From the NCBI RefSeq assembly GCF_009914755.1, contig NC_060940.1: a DNA stretch of 64,000 nt; one strand, 5' to 3'. Every line of letters begins with the position of its first letter. Within the stretch, counting starts at the first letter, position 1. The position numbers were made by a program, and so were the translations under genes. Under the pieces are notes generated by a model. The model was not told the DNA's origin. It did no database searches and saw only the letters and a list, made by a program, of their open reading frames with translations. Shown here in pieces: positions 1 through 13,445 of the stretch. The DNA is from the human T2T-CHM13v2.0 reference genome, Homo sapiens.

Positions 1-529
1 CACAATGAGGGGGGTTGGACTAAATCAGAGCCATTTTCTTCTTCCACAAAGCAGAAGAGATATATGTGTGTGACACAGTCCCACGGGTGCACCTACATTG
101 TGGTGATGTTTTCCTCCCACCGAAGGCTTTCTCAGGGTCATTGGCCTATTCATGTTAGGATTGCTCTGTCTGCGGATTGACAGTGGAAGACAGCGATCGT
201 GGGCAAGGCCTGTCTTTTTGCTACACTGCATTGCTTCCTGTTCTTACTAAATAAATCAAAATAAAAATAAATGAGATATCTATCATCTAACCATAACTTT
301 GAATCTGTGATAATTTATAGAAGAGTAAATACATCAAAATCCATGGAATGTGCAACATCCACCCCAAGGCAATGGTTACGCACCAGGGTGGAGAAGCTCT
401 GGGCAAGAGGATCTCTGAGGGTCTATCAAGCACCCAAGGACACTGTAGGGTGGATGTATCCCACCAGAGCATCTCATAGCCACTACACAGGGGTATTAGG
501 GCATAACAGTCAAGGGGATCAAGGGGACA

Positions 530-715
530 GGCCCTGGAGTCAGACTGGCTGGTAGTTCTATGAGTGTAACCTCTTCTGTGTCTTAATTTTCTCATCTGTA
601 AAATGGGGATGATAACTAGGAATACTGTGAGGATAAAATGGAATAATGCATATAAAGCGCTTAGTACAGAGCTTCGTACATGTTAAGTGCACAATATGTG
701 GTAAGTGTTAGTTAA
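530..715 (+). mobile_element. MIR SINE relic
   Basis: MIR core ttttctcatctgtaaaatgggg...gtgaggataaaatg...aagcgcttag. Confidence 0.8.
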
Positions 716-744
716 TGTCATTCAGATCCTACACATTTCCTGTT

Positions 745-960
745 ATTCATTCAACAAGGATTTACCCAGTGCCTCTGATGAGCCAAGTACTGCTTCGTAT
801 TCTGAGCATGTAGCAAAGAACAAGATACAGTTTATGTCTCCCAGAGGTTTACCTTCCAGTGGAGAGAGAGAGGCTAAAAACAAGAAGACCAATTAATAAA
901 TCAGATAAGTTTAGATGGCACAAGTGCTCTGATGAGATTAAAGTGCTATAGTGGAAATAA
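745..960 (-). mobile_element. L2 LINE 3' end relic
   Basis: ttcattcaacaa...ccagtgcc...agtactg matches the antisense L2 3' terminus. Confidence 0.65.
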
Positions 961-2299
961 ATCAGGTGAGAGTCATGTTACATCAACTGGCTGTGAGGGG
1001 GCGACTCCATCTCCTCCCAGCCCTGTACCCAACCCAACCCTTTCCTCTCCTCTCTGCCTCTTCTCTCTGAACCCCTCTCCTGTTATATATTCCTGTAGTC
1101 CTGTGTTGGATAAGCTTTGATTCAGTTATTCAGGCATTAAACTTGATATCCATGTGTCCTCACTTGGATTGGAAGTTACAGTGTTAGACTTTCTTGTTGT
1201 TCCCTGATATATTTTTTACTCCTAGGACAGTGTTTGGTTTAGAGTAGATACTCAAAAAATATTTGTTGAATGTATGTGCCAAAAATTAAAGGCTTGAATA
1301 ATCTACTGCTTCTTCTGCTTCTTCACAGTGATAGGAGAAATGCTTGCCCAGCCTCCCTCAGTCTGTCCACCAAGAATTCACAGCCCTTTATCTTATACCA
1401 CATACTTTTGTGTTTTGCATTACATAATCAAACTAGAAGAGACCACTGAGCCTCTGAGAATCCAACATTGCCTTTATTGTTCGCCACATAAATTTGAGCA
1501 AGTCACCTAATCTCTCTAAACATCTGTTTTCTCGTCAATAAAATGGGAAGCTAATTCTGTGTCTTAGTGGGAATTGTCACATGTTTGATGTGAAAGAATG
1601 AATTGTAAATTCCTATCAAATGCATGACATTATTACCATGAAAGGCAATTAATGGCCAGAGGAAAATTCTGAATCCCTGAGCAAATGTTTGATAAGAATC
1701 ACCATATAGCCTCCTTCAGTCCCTGAAGCTCTCCTGTCTCCCTTATATCCTCTGAGGCGCACTCTTCTTTTTGTCCTTAGCCAAACGTTGTGCAGACTTC
1801 TTGGGTATGAAAAGAACATTCTGCCTAGAGCTATGATCAGATGACTGAAGTTTTCTGCAAATGAAAGAGCTGGAGTTTGAGGTATTTAGAAGCTCAGAAT
1901 AAACAGACTAATTGGAGAAATGAAATATCCATTAGTCTAAATGAATATTTCTATAAAGCTGCATGTTAGACATTGATAAAAAGAAACAATTAAATGCAAA
2001 ATTAACCAAGATTAATTATTTTAATCAAGAGATTAATCACGATTATATCTTTACATTAGTTTGCTCTGCTGATGTTTGCTCAGCAATCTGGGGGAAAATC
2101 TGTTCATTTATCACCTTCATGTTTGAAAATCAGCCCATAATTTATACAGTCGCCCATCCATCCTCACTAACCTCTTTGTAAACAGAAGCTCCTGAACAGA
2201 TAAATAGCATTTGAGAAGAAAATGTATGGGACCAAGGACACAGAGCTTCATGCCAGGGACCAAATTCAAAGCTGAGGAATTAAAAAACAATTATTGGGA

Positions 2300-2890
2300 T
2301 ACTGGGGCTCAGAAACCCATACCCCAAAATACTGCCTTTCAATATGCTGAACTGAAGAAGCCTCAAGTTCTTTGGACCTACCCCATACTCAGTGTCTCTC
2401 TCATATAAGCTGAAGTTCCTTTATCTGCTTAGGATCAAGACCCATCAAGGAGAACAATAGGTTTCTCCCCTTTCTGTTTCTCGCTATCACAGGATAAAAG
2501 ACCAAAAATATAACCATACATGAACAGACCCTGTTTCAAGATAATGACTGTCTCCAAGGACCATTTAAATTCCAAAAAGAATCATTTACAAGTTCATTGC
2601 TGTTCCCCAAGATCCAATCATTCTCCCTGGTAATCATTTACTGCCCCTCAATAGAATTCTTCTTCTCCCCGCCCTCACAACCTGTTTCACTGGGATCCAA
2701 GCTCCCATTTTTTCTGAAATCTCAAGGTGGTATATATGCTTCCAGACCTTATTGTTGGGTTGGGTCTTTATTCTGAAGGTGCCCACATATATATGTTTAA
2801 TAAATTTGTATGCCTTTTCTCCTACTAATCAATCTGCCTCATGTCGGTGATTTTCAGTGAAACTCCAGGGTCCATAGACGATGGTCCCTA
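2300..2890 (+). mobile_element. ERV1 solo LTR, MER34/MER39-type
   Basis: ggggctcagaaacccataccccaaaata start; TATA-like tatata near 2731; aataaa at 2799 followed by tttgtatgccttttctcct...gattttcagtgaa typical of this group. Confidence 0.7.
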
Positions 2891-3380
2891 GAGGGAATCT
2901 GCAACTGCTCCTCATCTTAGATCAGTTGCCTAATCTGGTGGTTTTTACAGTTGAATTCCCCAAGATCCCTAGAGGGCAGGCTTATAGAACTGATAGTAGT
3001 TGCCTGCTGAGAATATAGGTGATGCTCTTGTGTAGATGACTACCCAAGAAGGCTCCGCAGCTGATACGAGGGAGCAGGCAAGGACTCGGGCTCTTGGAAA
3101 TCAAAACAGTCCAGTGCCAAATGAGATAGTGAAACATGGGGAGTTGGGGAAAGGGCACAAAGATGTTGATGATGTAGGTTTGCCCTTCTTGATGCTTTTA
3201 CACATAGTTCTGCATCTCCAGCTTTTAACAGTTAAATTTGCTGATAAGGATCCAAATCTAGTCCTCTCTGAGGCTCCCTCTTCTCAGTAAAAGGTACCAC
3301 CATGCACCCACTATTGTTTATGCCAGAAAACCAGAGTAATTTTTAACATGTCTCTCTTTATTACTTCCTCGACCAACAAA

Positions 3381-3470
3381 TACACACACATACACAAAGA
3401 AATATATATGTGCATATATTCATATATATGTGTGTGTGTATATACACACACAAACACACACACACACACA
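3381..3470. repeat. compound (CA)n/(TA)n/(TG)n microsatellite
   Basis: directly visible dinucleotide runs. Confidence 0.9.
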
Positions 3471-3479
3471 TGAAGTCTT

Positions 3480-3832
3480 GGGTGTCTTCACTCCCCCTTA
3501 ACTGGTTTGTCAACCCCTTCTCCCACTCTTTTTCCTCTTGATGTTAATTATTACTTTGTTGTGGAATGATTAATCTTAATCATTTATATATTGATTAAGT
3601 ATACTATTACGTATGCCTTGCAATATTGACTGACTTGTGGAGTGGCTTGAGCCCGTGTGCCCCCAGCTCTGACTACCAAGTGAATGAGTGGTACTGAGAA
3701 TTGCCTCCTTGGGAACTCCATGTAGCTCATGGCATTTGTGAATGAAATAGCATTGATAAAATTCTGACGTCGTAGAAAGACACACACATGCATGGATCTG
3801 GTTACTTATAACCTTACATTGCTCATTAGGCA
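3480..3832 (+). mobile_element. ERVL-class LTR relic (LTR40-like)
   Basis: gagaattgcctccttgggaactccatgtagctc...aaatagcattgataaaa...gaaagacaca...ctggtta resembles the LTR40 3' half; 5' boundary approximate. Confidence 0.5.
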
Positions 3833-4506
3833 TCTATAAATAAAAACAATTTTATTATTTCCTTCTAATCTGGATGCCTTTTATTTCTATTTCTTGCCTA
3901 ATTGCATTGGCTTATAAGCTCTACTACAATGTTAAATAAAAGTGATGAGTGGATATCTTTGCCCTTTAAATAACACATGCATCAATGAGAAAGTTAAAAG
4001 GGAATGACAAATTATTTTGAAATGAATTCAAATGAAAATTCAACATAAACATTTGTGAGATGCTGTTCTCAGGAAAGCATTCAGCCTTTTACCATTAAGT
4101 ACAATCTTAGCTGTAGGGTTTTGCAGATGCCATTTATCAGGTAGAGAAAATTTTATTCTATTCTTAGTTGACTGAGAATTTTTATCAGGAATGTATGTTG
4201 GATTTTGTCCAATATCTTTTCTGCATTTATTGGCATGATCACATATTTTTTTCTCTTTAGTTTGTTAATATGGTGAATTACAATTGACTGCCCTTTGAAA
4301 GTTAAACCAAACTTGCAATCTTAGAATAATCACCCAGGATATGTAATGATTATTATATATTATTTTTGTTAAATATTGAATTCAATGTACTAAAATTTTG
4401 TTTAAAATGTTTGTGTCTGTGTTTATGAACAAAATTGACCTGCAGTTTTCTACTTTTGTAATGTCTTTGGTTCTGGTGTCAGAGCAATGCTTGCTTCATA
4501 GAATGA

Positions 4507-4873
<367 letters not shown>

Positions 4874-5228
4874 TTAATAATATTTCTTTTTGAAATGTTT
4901 GGTAAAATTTACCTGTGAAAGCATCTGTGCTTGAAATTATTTTTGTGGGATTGTTTTTAACCAGAAATTCAATGTCCTTGAAAGGCATAATGTTAATTCA
5001 GGTTAATTATTTCTTCCTTGATGTTATTTGGTTGTATCTTTCAAGCAATTTCTTCATTTTGTCTAAGTTGGCATTAAGTTGTTCATAATATTTCATTAGT
5101 ATTCTTTAATCTTTGTAGACTCTCTGGTGATGGCATCTCTCAGTTTAGGTATTGATTAATTATTTTTCAATTGTTTTCCTAGCTAGAGGTAAATCAATTG
5201 TATTGACCTTCTCAAAAGAAAAAAAAAA

Positions 5229-5387
5229 AGCTGGGCATGGTGTCACATACCTGTGGTCCCAGCTACACAGGCAGCTTTGGTGGGAGGATTGCTTGAGCAC
5301 AGGAAGGCAGGATGCAGTGAGTTATGGTCATGCCCCTGCACACCAGCCTGGGTGACAGAATGAGACTGTCTCAAAACAAACAAAAAA
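5229..5387 (+). mobile_element. Alu right monomer (FRAM/AluJ fragment)
   Basis: single right-arm sequence with A-rich tail. Confidence 0.8.
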
Positions 5388-6315
5388 CCAGCTTTGGTTT
5401 TATTGATTTACTCTATAGTTGCTCTGTTTTCTTTCGCATTGTTTCTGCTCTGTTTTTTATTATGTCCTTTTTCCTTTGCATTTAATTGGCTCTTCTTTTT
5501 CTTATTCCTCCAAACAGAAGCTGAAGTCATTGATTTGAGACCTTTCTACTTTTCTAGCATAAGCATTTACTGCCATAAATTTTCTACTAAATTCTGTTAT
5601 AGTGGCGTCTCATAAATTTTTATATTTTGAATTTTTGTTTTTATTCATTTCAAAACTGTGTAATTTACCATCTAACTTCCTCTTTGCTACATGTGTTATT
5701 TTAAAGTAAGCTATTTAGTTTTCAAATATTTTGGGATTTTCCAGGGACCTATTAGTTATTGATTTCTAATTTATTTCCATTGCAGTGAGAGTATGTGCTT
5801 TGTATAATTTGAGTTCCTTTGAGTTTATTGAGATTTACTTCATTACCCAGAATATGATCTATCATGGGAATGTTCCACATGCCATTGAAAAGAATGTGTA
5901 CTCTGCTGTTGTTAGATGGAGTATTCCATAAATGTCAATTAGGTCAAGTTTGTTGATAGTATTGTTCAAATCTTCTATGATCTTCCTAGTTTTTCTCCAA
6001 TTGTTCTATTGATTACTAAAAGAAGGGTGTTAAATTTTTTATTTCAATTATTGCTTTTCCCAACTGTACTTGCCGTGCTGTTGGTTTTTGCTTCATGTAT
6101 TTTGAAACTCTATTATTGGGTTTATAAAAGGTTGAGATTCTTAGATTCTTTTTATAAATTGATACATTAGAAAGTGGCCATCTTTACCACTGGTAATATT
6201 ATTTATTTGCTCTAAAATGTAGTTTCTTTGACATTAATATAACCATGCCAGCTTTCTTTGGATTAGTGTTTGCGTGGTGTATCTTTTCCACCCTTTTATT
6301 TTAACCTATTACATC

Positions 6316-6615
6316 TTTTTTTTTTTTTTTTTCTTAGATGGAATCTTGCTCTGTCACTCAGGCTGGAAAGCAGTGGCGTGATCTTGGCTCACTGCAACCT
6401 CTGCCTCCCAGGTTCAAGCAATTCTCCTGCCTCAGCCTCCTGAGTAGCTGAGATTACAGGCGTATGCCACCATGCCTGGCTAATTTTTGTATTTTAGTAG
6501 AGATGGTGTTTCACCATGTTGGCCAGGCTGGTCTCGAACTCCTAACCTCAAGTGATCCAACTGCCTCGGCCTCCCAAAGTGCTGGGATTACAGACATGAG
6601 CCACCATTCCTGGCC
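6316..6615 (-). mobile_element. AluS (Sx-type)
   Basis: full antisense dimer with poly-T; degenerate TSD aacct(a/g)tt..atctttt. Confidence 0.93.
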
Positions 6616-6659
6616 AACCTGTTGTATCTTTTATTTGAAGTATATTTCTTGCAGGCAGA

Positions 6660-7081
6660 TGTATTAAGCTGTTCTTGCATTGCTATAAAGAAATACCTGA
6701 GACTGGGTAATTTATAAATAAAAGAAGTTTAATTGGTTCATGGTTCTGCAGGCTGAGCAGGAAGTATGGCACCAGCACCTGCTTCTGGGGAGGCCTCTGG
6801 AAGCTTACAATCATGGTGGAAGTCCAAAGGGGAGCTTGCATGTAACATGGTGAGAGCAGGAACAAGAAAGAGAGATGGGGGAGCCACAGACTTTCAAACA
6901 GCCATATCTTGGAAGAACTCACTCACTCTCATAAGGATATCACCAAGGGGACGGTGCTAAACCATTCATGAGAAATTCATCCCCATGATCCAATCACCTT
7001 CTACTAGAGGCCCCACCTCTAACACTGGGGATTACAACTCAACATGAGATTTGGATGGGGACAGGTATACAAACTATATCA
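6660..7081 (-). mobile_element. MaLR solo LTR MSTA/MSTB
   Basis: tgtattaagctgttcttgcattgctataaagaaatacctgagactggg...aaactatatca; 5-bp TSD gcaga at 6655-6659 and 7082-7086. Confidence 0.9.
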
Positions 7082-7824
7082 GCAGAATATAATTGGGTCT
7101 TGCTTTTTAAATGTAATCTGACACCCTTCTGACTTTTAACGTTGTTATTTATAGCATTAACATTTAATATTATTTAGATCGTTATGCTTAAAATTATCAT
7201 ATTGCTATTTTCCGATTTAATCCTTCTCTTCATTTCATTTTACCTCTTCCTTCTTTTTATTAATAACAAATTGAATTTTAATATTCATTTTTATCTCCTT
7301 TGTTGGCTGTTCTACAACTTTGTTATTTTATTGGTTGTTTTGGCATGATCAAATTCTGCCTTTAAATGACATTATACTGTGAGTGGCAGAGTTTGATTTG
7401 CACACATTATTCTCTGTTTCTAAATCTTATTTTTATTCCCTACTTTTTGGGGCCTCTCAATGATAAGTTATATAGTTGATTTCTGTACAAAGTTCTATAA
7501 GAGAGAGTAAAGAAGGAAAGGGTACTCATGTTGCAGAGGTGGGTCTAGGCCTCAGCCTTGGAGAATTTACTCTGGTCTAGGAGAAAATAAATGATACATT
7601 TTGGAGCTCAGCTCTTCATATTTCAGTTGCCATTTTTCAAAAACTAACTTTTTTGATGAATGATTTATTTCCCTTTAAGTAATATAATACAAATAGTACT
7701 TGCTAGGCAATATTGGATAACACAAAAGCTAACAGGAAAACAGGAGCAAATTCTGGCGACTATTGTCCTTCTAGACTTTCTGCCTGCAAAGACAGAAATA
7801 CATTTATATGCAAATATAATACCT

Positions 7825-8060
7825 AATGTTTAGTAAGCACTTCGTATATGTTAGACATTTTGTATAGCAATTAATATGGATGATTTCATCCTCACAAATT
7901 TATAAAGTAGGTGCTATTACTATCTACACTTTATAGATAAGAAAACTGATACACACAGAGACTAATAAATGTTCAGGAGATCTCCTATTACATATAACTT
8001 TGATATTCGAATCCAGACAACTGAGCCAAAGCTGTCACTCTTAATGACTGAACTAAATTT
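7825..8060 (-). mobile_element. MIR relic
   Basis: actttatagataagaaaactga antisense MIR core. Confidence 0.7.
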
Positions 8061-8979
8061 CCTAACATAGGTACATATTCTTATAAAAATGAAATAATTT
8101 TCTCTACATGTATGTATAATTTTTTCCATGTCATATTTACACTTTTACACTCATAATTCTTGGCTTTAGATTCTGATAAGTAGTAAAATTGGCACTTTAA
8201 AGTTTCTTTATTTTCTCCTTCTCTCCTGTCCCCATTATCCTTTCCTGTCCAGCCACTCCAGTCTCTTGGACAGATATTAGTGGACTAACTCTCCATAACC
8301 AGGCTATATACAACGTTTAAGAATTCAGAGCAGTTTTTTCTATCCCACAATAAGAATAACCATTTCTAAGGAGTTCTGAGAAGACTGGAGATCTGTTCTT
8401 CCATGTTCTTATGAAACATCCCTAGGGGGAGAGTATAGAGGCTTCTGTCATCAAGTAAAAGTTGTACTGACTTATGCAAATTTACCATTAATTTATTTTC
8501 CAGAACCAGTAGCTTGGTATATAGGGTAGTTTCACGGTATTGTGAGTAATGGCCAACACTGACATCTGCTGTTAAGCAGTAAAATTTCAGCTCAGCTCTG
8601 TTAGCCATTGCAAGTGAAGGAATTCCTGACAGAATTCTATACTTCTAATGTTAAGGCAGCCCCTGAGCTTCTAAGAGCAACAAAAGCTAGATAAATTGTC
8701 TCCAGCAAGAGCTTTTGCTTGTCTTACATAGCTCCTGACTTAAAATGTGTATGATGGATTCCATTCATAGTTGTGCTCTTGGAAGTCTGAATTCCCTCAT
8801 TTTTTCTCTGAGTTCATCTGTATTTGCAAAATGCTTTTATCCTCTACCCACCTTCTCACTTTCCAGTCTGCATCTGATAGCTCAAAGCTTGGATTAGGGA
8901 TTTCCATACTGAAGTTCAGGCTCAATAATTAAACAAATGGCAGGCAATACATTTATTTGCAAAGGGGAAAATATAGAAA

Positions 8980-9670
8980 CCAGCATTTCTGAGAGCTGAG
9001 TATACACAAGTCTTATGCTCAGTGTTTTCACGCAGTTTTCCTCTCAATACTCATGACCATCCTTAATAAGTAACAATTATTATTCAATTATTTGACAGAA
9101 AAAAATTTTTCACCTCTAATTTCAAGTCTTAAATTCATGGAGCTTACATAATTTTCCTACAGGCAGAGAGGTAGTACATCAAGGAGATTAGATTTGAAAG
9201 CAAGTCTTCATTGCAAAGCTTAGTATGCCACTCTGTACAAAGTTATATTTTATAATATGTATCTACCTAGATAACCTTATTTAATAATCATACAATCTTA
9301 TCAGATAAGCACTTCTAGCTTCATTTTACAAATGAGGAAAACAAGGCTTGCGTAGAGTCAGACAGCTTAAGAGATCCCAAATCAGAGTGTGACCTAAAAT
9401 ATTCTGATCTTATCATGAGCTGCCTTTGCTCAGTGCTTAAGCATGTGGGATCTGGTGTCAGACTGTTTGGGTTCCCCTGTGTGCTTTGCCAGTTTCTAAA
9501 TGGGTGAACTTAGTCAAGTGGCTTAATCATAGCATGACTCATTTTTTCCCCATCAATAAAGTAGGGATAAGTATAGTACTTTCCTTGTAAGACTGTTGTG
9601 AGGATCAAGTGAGATTATATATATAAAGCACATATGGCAGGTAATACGTAAGATGTTGTTATTATGATCA
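8980..9670. mobile_element. Cluster of MIR relics (antisense 8980-9400, sense 9430-9670)
   Basis: ttttacaaatgaggaaaacaagg (antisense core) and gttgtgaggatcaagtgag (sense). Confidence 0.65.
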
Positions 9671-11479
9671 AGAATATATATATATATATCCTGTCTTTGT
9701 TATGAGGTTTCTAGGGAAGACAATAAAGACACTTGTTAGAAAATTGCAGCATAAAGCCATCTATTTTCTGGAGTAGATCCCCTTCATTTTTCCCCCTCTC
9801 TAATAGGCCTAGGTCGGGAGTTGCAGAAGCTGATGTTAGGGTCTGGTTGCCAGAACTGTCTCTTCCCTACCACCATGACAGAATCAGCTGTGTGAACATC
9901 CAAAGCTTTCCTATTGTCTCTGGCAGCCGGAAGCAGGCTCCAAGGGTATGGGCATCATCATACTGGTTTGTCTTTAAGCATTTCTATTTCAGGTTACTGG
10001 GCCTGCTTCTGAGGGCGAAGGAGTGAGATTGAAAAGAATGCAAGTTCTACTAGGCTGGCTGGGTTCTGATGCTTTCCAGAGTTTCTCTACCAAGTAGGAA
10101 GAGTGTCAGAGCCAGAGTTGGGCAATTGGGTCCAGATGCACTTGTAGAGCTGGGAAAACACCTCAGCAATCATTTTTCTGACCCTTTGCTTCCTCATTGT
10201 TACAATAAGGATAACAAGGCTGAGCAGGGTGAGTGAAATAAATGATATATGTGAAATGCTAAAACTGAGTGCCCCTTGTGGGACTGTAATGCAAGGACAG
10301 GACTTCTGGATTGAGGATTGAAACACCTCAATTTTCACATAACCACAAATGTTCTGTGTGTTTTTGTGTGAGTTATTTGTCTTCACTGGCTGACAGTTTC
10401 TTCATCTCTATAATCAGTAGTTTGGATTTTATGAATTCTTAATGTTTCTTCCAGCTTAATCTGTGTAAATAATTCATCCATTTGTCCATCACAGTTGTAT
10501 TAAGTACCTACCTACCTACCACCCAGGAACTGATGATACCATAATGAATAAGATTGACTTCTAGAAATTCAAGTGCTAGAGTGGATATACTCCATGAATT
10601 ATGTGAGCAAATGAAGGGAAGTAAATTGTTTCTAGGGAAGTTGCAATGGCCCCAAGAACGGGGGATATTTGAAATAAGCCCGGAAGAACTAGCATAGGTT
10701 TGCCAAATGGGGAAGAAATAGTTACAAATGAGATGATTATTATTTCACTCCACATTCTGCACAGCTTAGTCCGTGTCACGTTGGATCCAATCAGAATAGA
10801 AAAATCCCTATTCTCTGAGGGACATGTCTAAATCTCATTTCCAAATAAGATCAAATTTCGCCTCTTAAGTTTCACTCTAAAGTGGTGGCCGTCATCACGT
10901 GGATTTACTGTCCTGATCCTGGGTCATTTCTCTAATATAAAGCAAAACTCGAGCCAACATCTTATGGAAAGGTGTACAGATCTGAGCACACAGAACAAAC
11001 AAGGAATACACATGCTCTCAATTCTCAGCCATTGTTCTGGTATTCAAGGAAAGTTTTGGGCTCCTCTGGGAAATCAAAGAGCTAAGCTGGGGGAAAAACC
11101 ACATTGGTAGGACTGTGGAGGATTGTGGCTCCAAGACAGCAGGGCTCTTGAAGCTCCCACCAGGCTGGAGATGAGCTAATATGCTGAAAGTCATCTCTGC
11201 CTGCTGAGAGTGGTGCTAGTGAAATTGAGGAGGGAGGGGAAGTGGGGGTTGCTACTGAAGACTGCAGCCGTCCCTAGGGTACACAATAATTGTTCAAAAA
11301 ATTGTTCACAAAATTTCTTATTTGCCTAGCCCCCTGTATTTCTCCCTATCTTTATCGCTGCAACTTTTCCTTAGGGACTTATGCTCCGTTTTTCATTCCG
11401 TTCCTGTAGTTCATGTGCGGCTGATACATGTGTGGTCTGGGATTTTTCACGTGACCCCAGTCTGGCCAGTCAGAAGTCA

Positions 11480-11865
11480 TATCCCCCTTGCCACGGTAAT
11501 CAGTTCTGGATTGTGCTTGCATCCCAATGAAAGAAAATCCAGAGTTCTTTTTGGAGTGACTGGGAGAGGGGCACTCTCTTCTAGTAACAAGGACGGGAAG
11601 ACAGAATGCAAACCTGAAGGTGCTAGCAGCCATCATGGTGCCAGGAAGGAAGAATCTTCCTGTGAGTTCAACGTTAAAAATACAAAACTGACACCAAGAC
11701 AACAAAACTTAGAAAAATAAATAACACTGATGATACTGTTCCAGCACCCAGATGCCGCTCTGCCTGAAGCTGTACCTAATCTTGGACTTCCTTATTATGT
11801 CAGCCAATAAAGCTCCCTTTTTGTTTAAACCAGCTCAAAGTTAGTTTTATGTCACTTGAAAATTA
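11480..11865 (+). mobile_element. Old MaLR/ERVL LTR (MLT1K/L- or LTR16-like)
   Basis: gcagccatcatgg...tgcctgaagc...agccaataaa...ttgtttaaaccag...ttttatgtcacttgaaa 3' end. Confidence 0.65.
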
Positions 11866-11871
11866 TTTTCT

Positions 11872-12178
11872 GGCTGGTCATTGTGGCTCACACCTGTAAT
11901 CCTAGCACTTTGGAAGGCTGAGCCGGGTGGATCACTTGAGCCCAGGAGTTCAATAACAGCCTGGCCAACATGGTGAAACCCCATCACTACAAAAAATACA
12001 AACAAATTAGCCAGGTGTGGTGGCATGCACCGGTGGTCCCAGCTACTCGGGAGGCTGAGGTGGGAAGATCACCTGAGCCCAGGGAGGTCAAGGCTGCTGT
12101 AAGCTGTGATTGCACCACTGCACTCCAGCCTGGACAACAGAGCAAGACCCTGCCTCAGGAAAAAAAAAAAAAAAAAAG
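11872..12178 (+). mobile_element. AluJ
   Basis: AluJ diagnostics (cttgagcccaggagttc, gtcaaggctgc); poly-A; TSD gaaaattattt at 11858-11868 and 12183-12193. Confidence 0.92.
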
Positions 12179-12884
12179 ACGAGAAAATTATTTTTTGGCA
12201 TTATTTTCTGGGACCATCTTTCTGGCAATCTGAAGACATCTTCCCAGTCTAATGCTCCAGGTTCTCAAATCTCAAGGCATTGTCTCGGTCTAATAGTCCA
12301 GCTTCTCAACCCTGATAGACACTTTTCCTCTTTAGGGCTCCCAAATCGTATTCCAACCTGTAGCTCCAGAGCTCTCTTGTCTGTAGCATTCTCCTCCCAC
12401 GACTTTTTGCTGCCTCTTTTTAAAAATAACTCCCATCTGCTCATCGGCCTCCTGCTCATTCTTCTGTTTCCATGTCGTGAGCTTCTCTGGTTTCTATCTC
12501 TGGCTCTGGGAAAGCTTTAGAGATACATTTCTCAGAACCACTTCTGCTGTGCTTGAAATTACACGTATCTCTCTCTTTGGCTCAACAGATGACCCATGAA
12601 AAATTCCTTGCTGCGTTTCTGGATTCACTCACTTGAAACTTTTTACAATGCCATAGATTCCTGGAGATAACTTCTTGACACCATAAAGATGGAGTAGAGG
12701 TGAGCAGAGGTGGCATATAATCAGAGAAAACCTAACCTATGCAAATACTCAGGAGAGATGTCCCATTGTATGGGTTTAAGCTAGGAGGCAACTTGAGCCA
12801 AGTCAGTTCAGGTAATAGGGTTTGGTTAATTTCTAACTATAAATAAAGCCAATAATAATAATAATTTCTAACTATAATAAAGCC

Positions 12885-13080
12885 AAAATGTGCCATGAGT
12901 GGTGCTAAGCACTTCTACAGGTTTGCAATCATTTCTCACAACAGCTTAGGAAGTATGACAGTTACCTTTGTCTTGAAGATGAGAAAATTGAGGCACAGAG
13001 AAGTTGAGAAAGCTGCTCAAGATCACATAGCAAATGGAGGTTATAATAGTCATCTATGCAGTTCACAACCAAATATGCCT
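12885..13080 (-). mobile_element. MIR relic
   Basis: gatgagaaaattgaggcacagagaagtt. Confidence 0.75.
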
Positions 13081-13159
13081 AGGTTTCCACTTTCTAGACA
13101 CAATAAATATTGCACTTCTCTCTCTCTTTTTTTTTTTTTTGAAAACCAATGCACTGTAT

Positions 13160-13445
13160 GACGTGCTTCGGCCAAAGAAATGTTAGTAGAGGTGGCATAT
13201 GTCACCGCGCAGTGAAAGCTCTAAAGGCTAGTGCTCAATTCATTATGCTTAGACATCTCCCTCTGCAGATACTCCATCTGATGGTGATGTCATCAGCCTG
13301 GTGAGGGTGACAGCATGGGGCTCCCCATTGATGCTCTGTGGGTGTATTAAAAACATCAAAAATACAATTGTATTGTTTTAAGGCTCTAAAATTTGTAGTG
13401 TTTTAAATTATTGACCCATAATATAAACAATTTAATTGACACATT
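13160..13445 (+). mobile_element. MLT1-type MaLR LTR relic
   Basis: gccaaagaaatgttagtagaggtggcatatgtcac...ttgttttaaggctctaaaattt. Confidence 0.5.

Noticed and set aside
25-246. - strand ORF with a T-rich acceptor near 247
   Set aside because: Only a poor donor (GTGCAC) is available and the peptide is unrecognised.
3036-3290. 84-aa ORF preceded by tgtag, possible exon 3036-3177
   Set aside because: Weak pyrimidine tract, weak donor (GTTTGC) and no recognisable homology.
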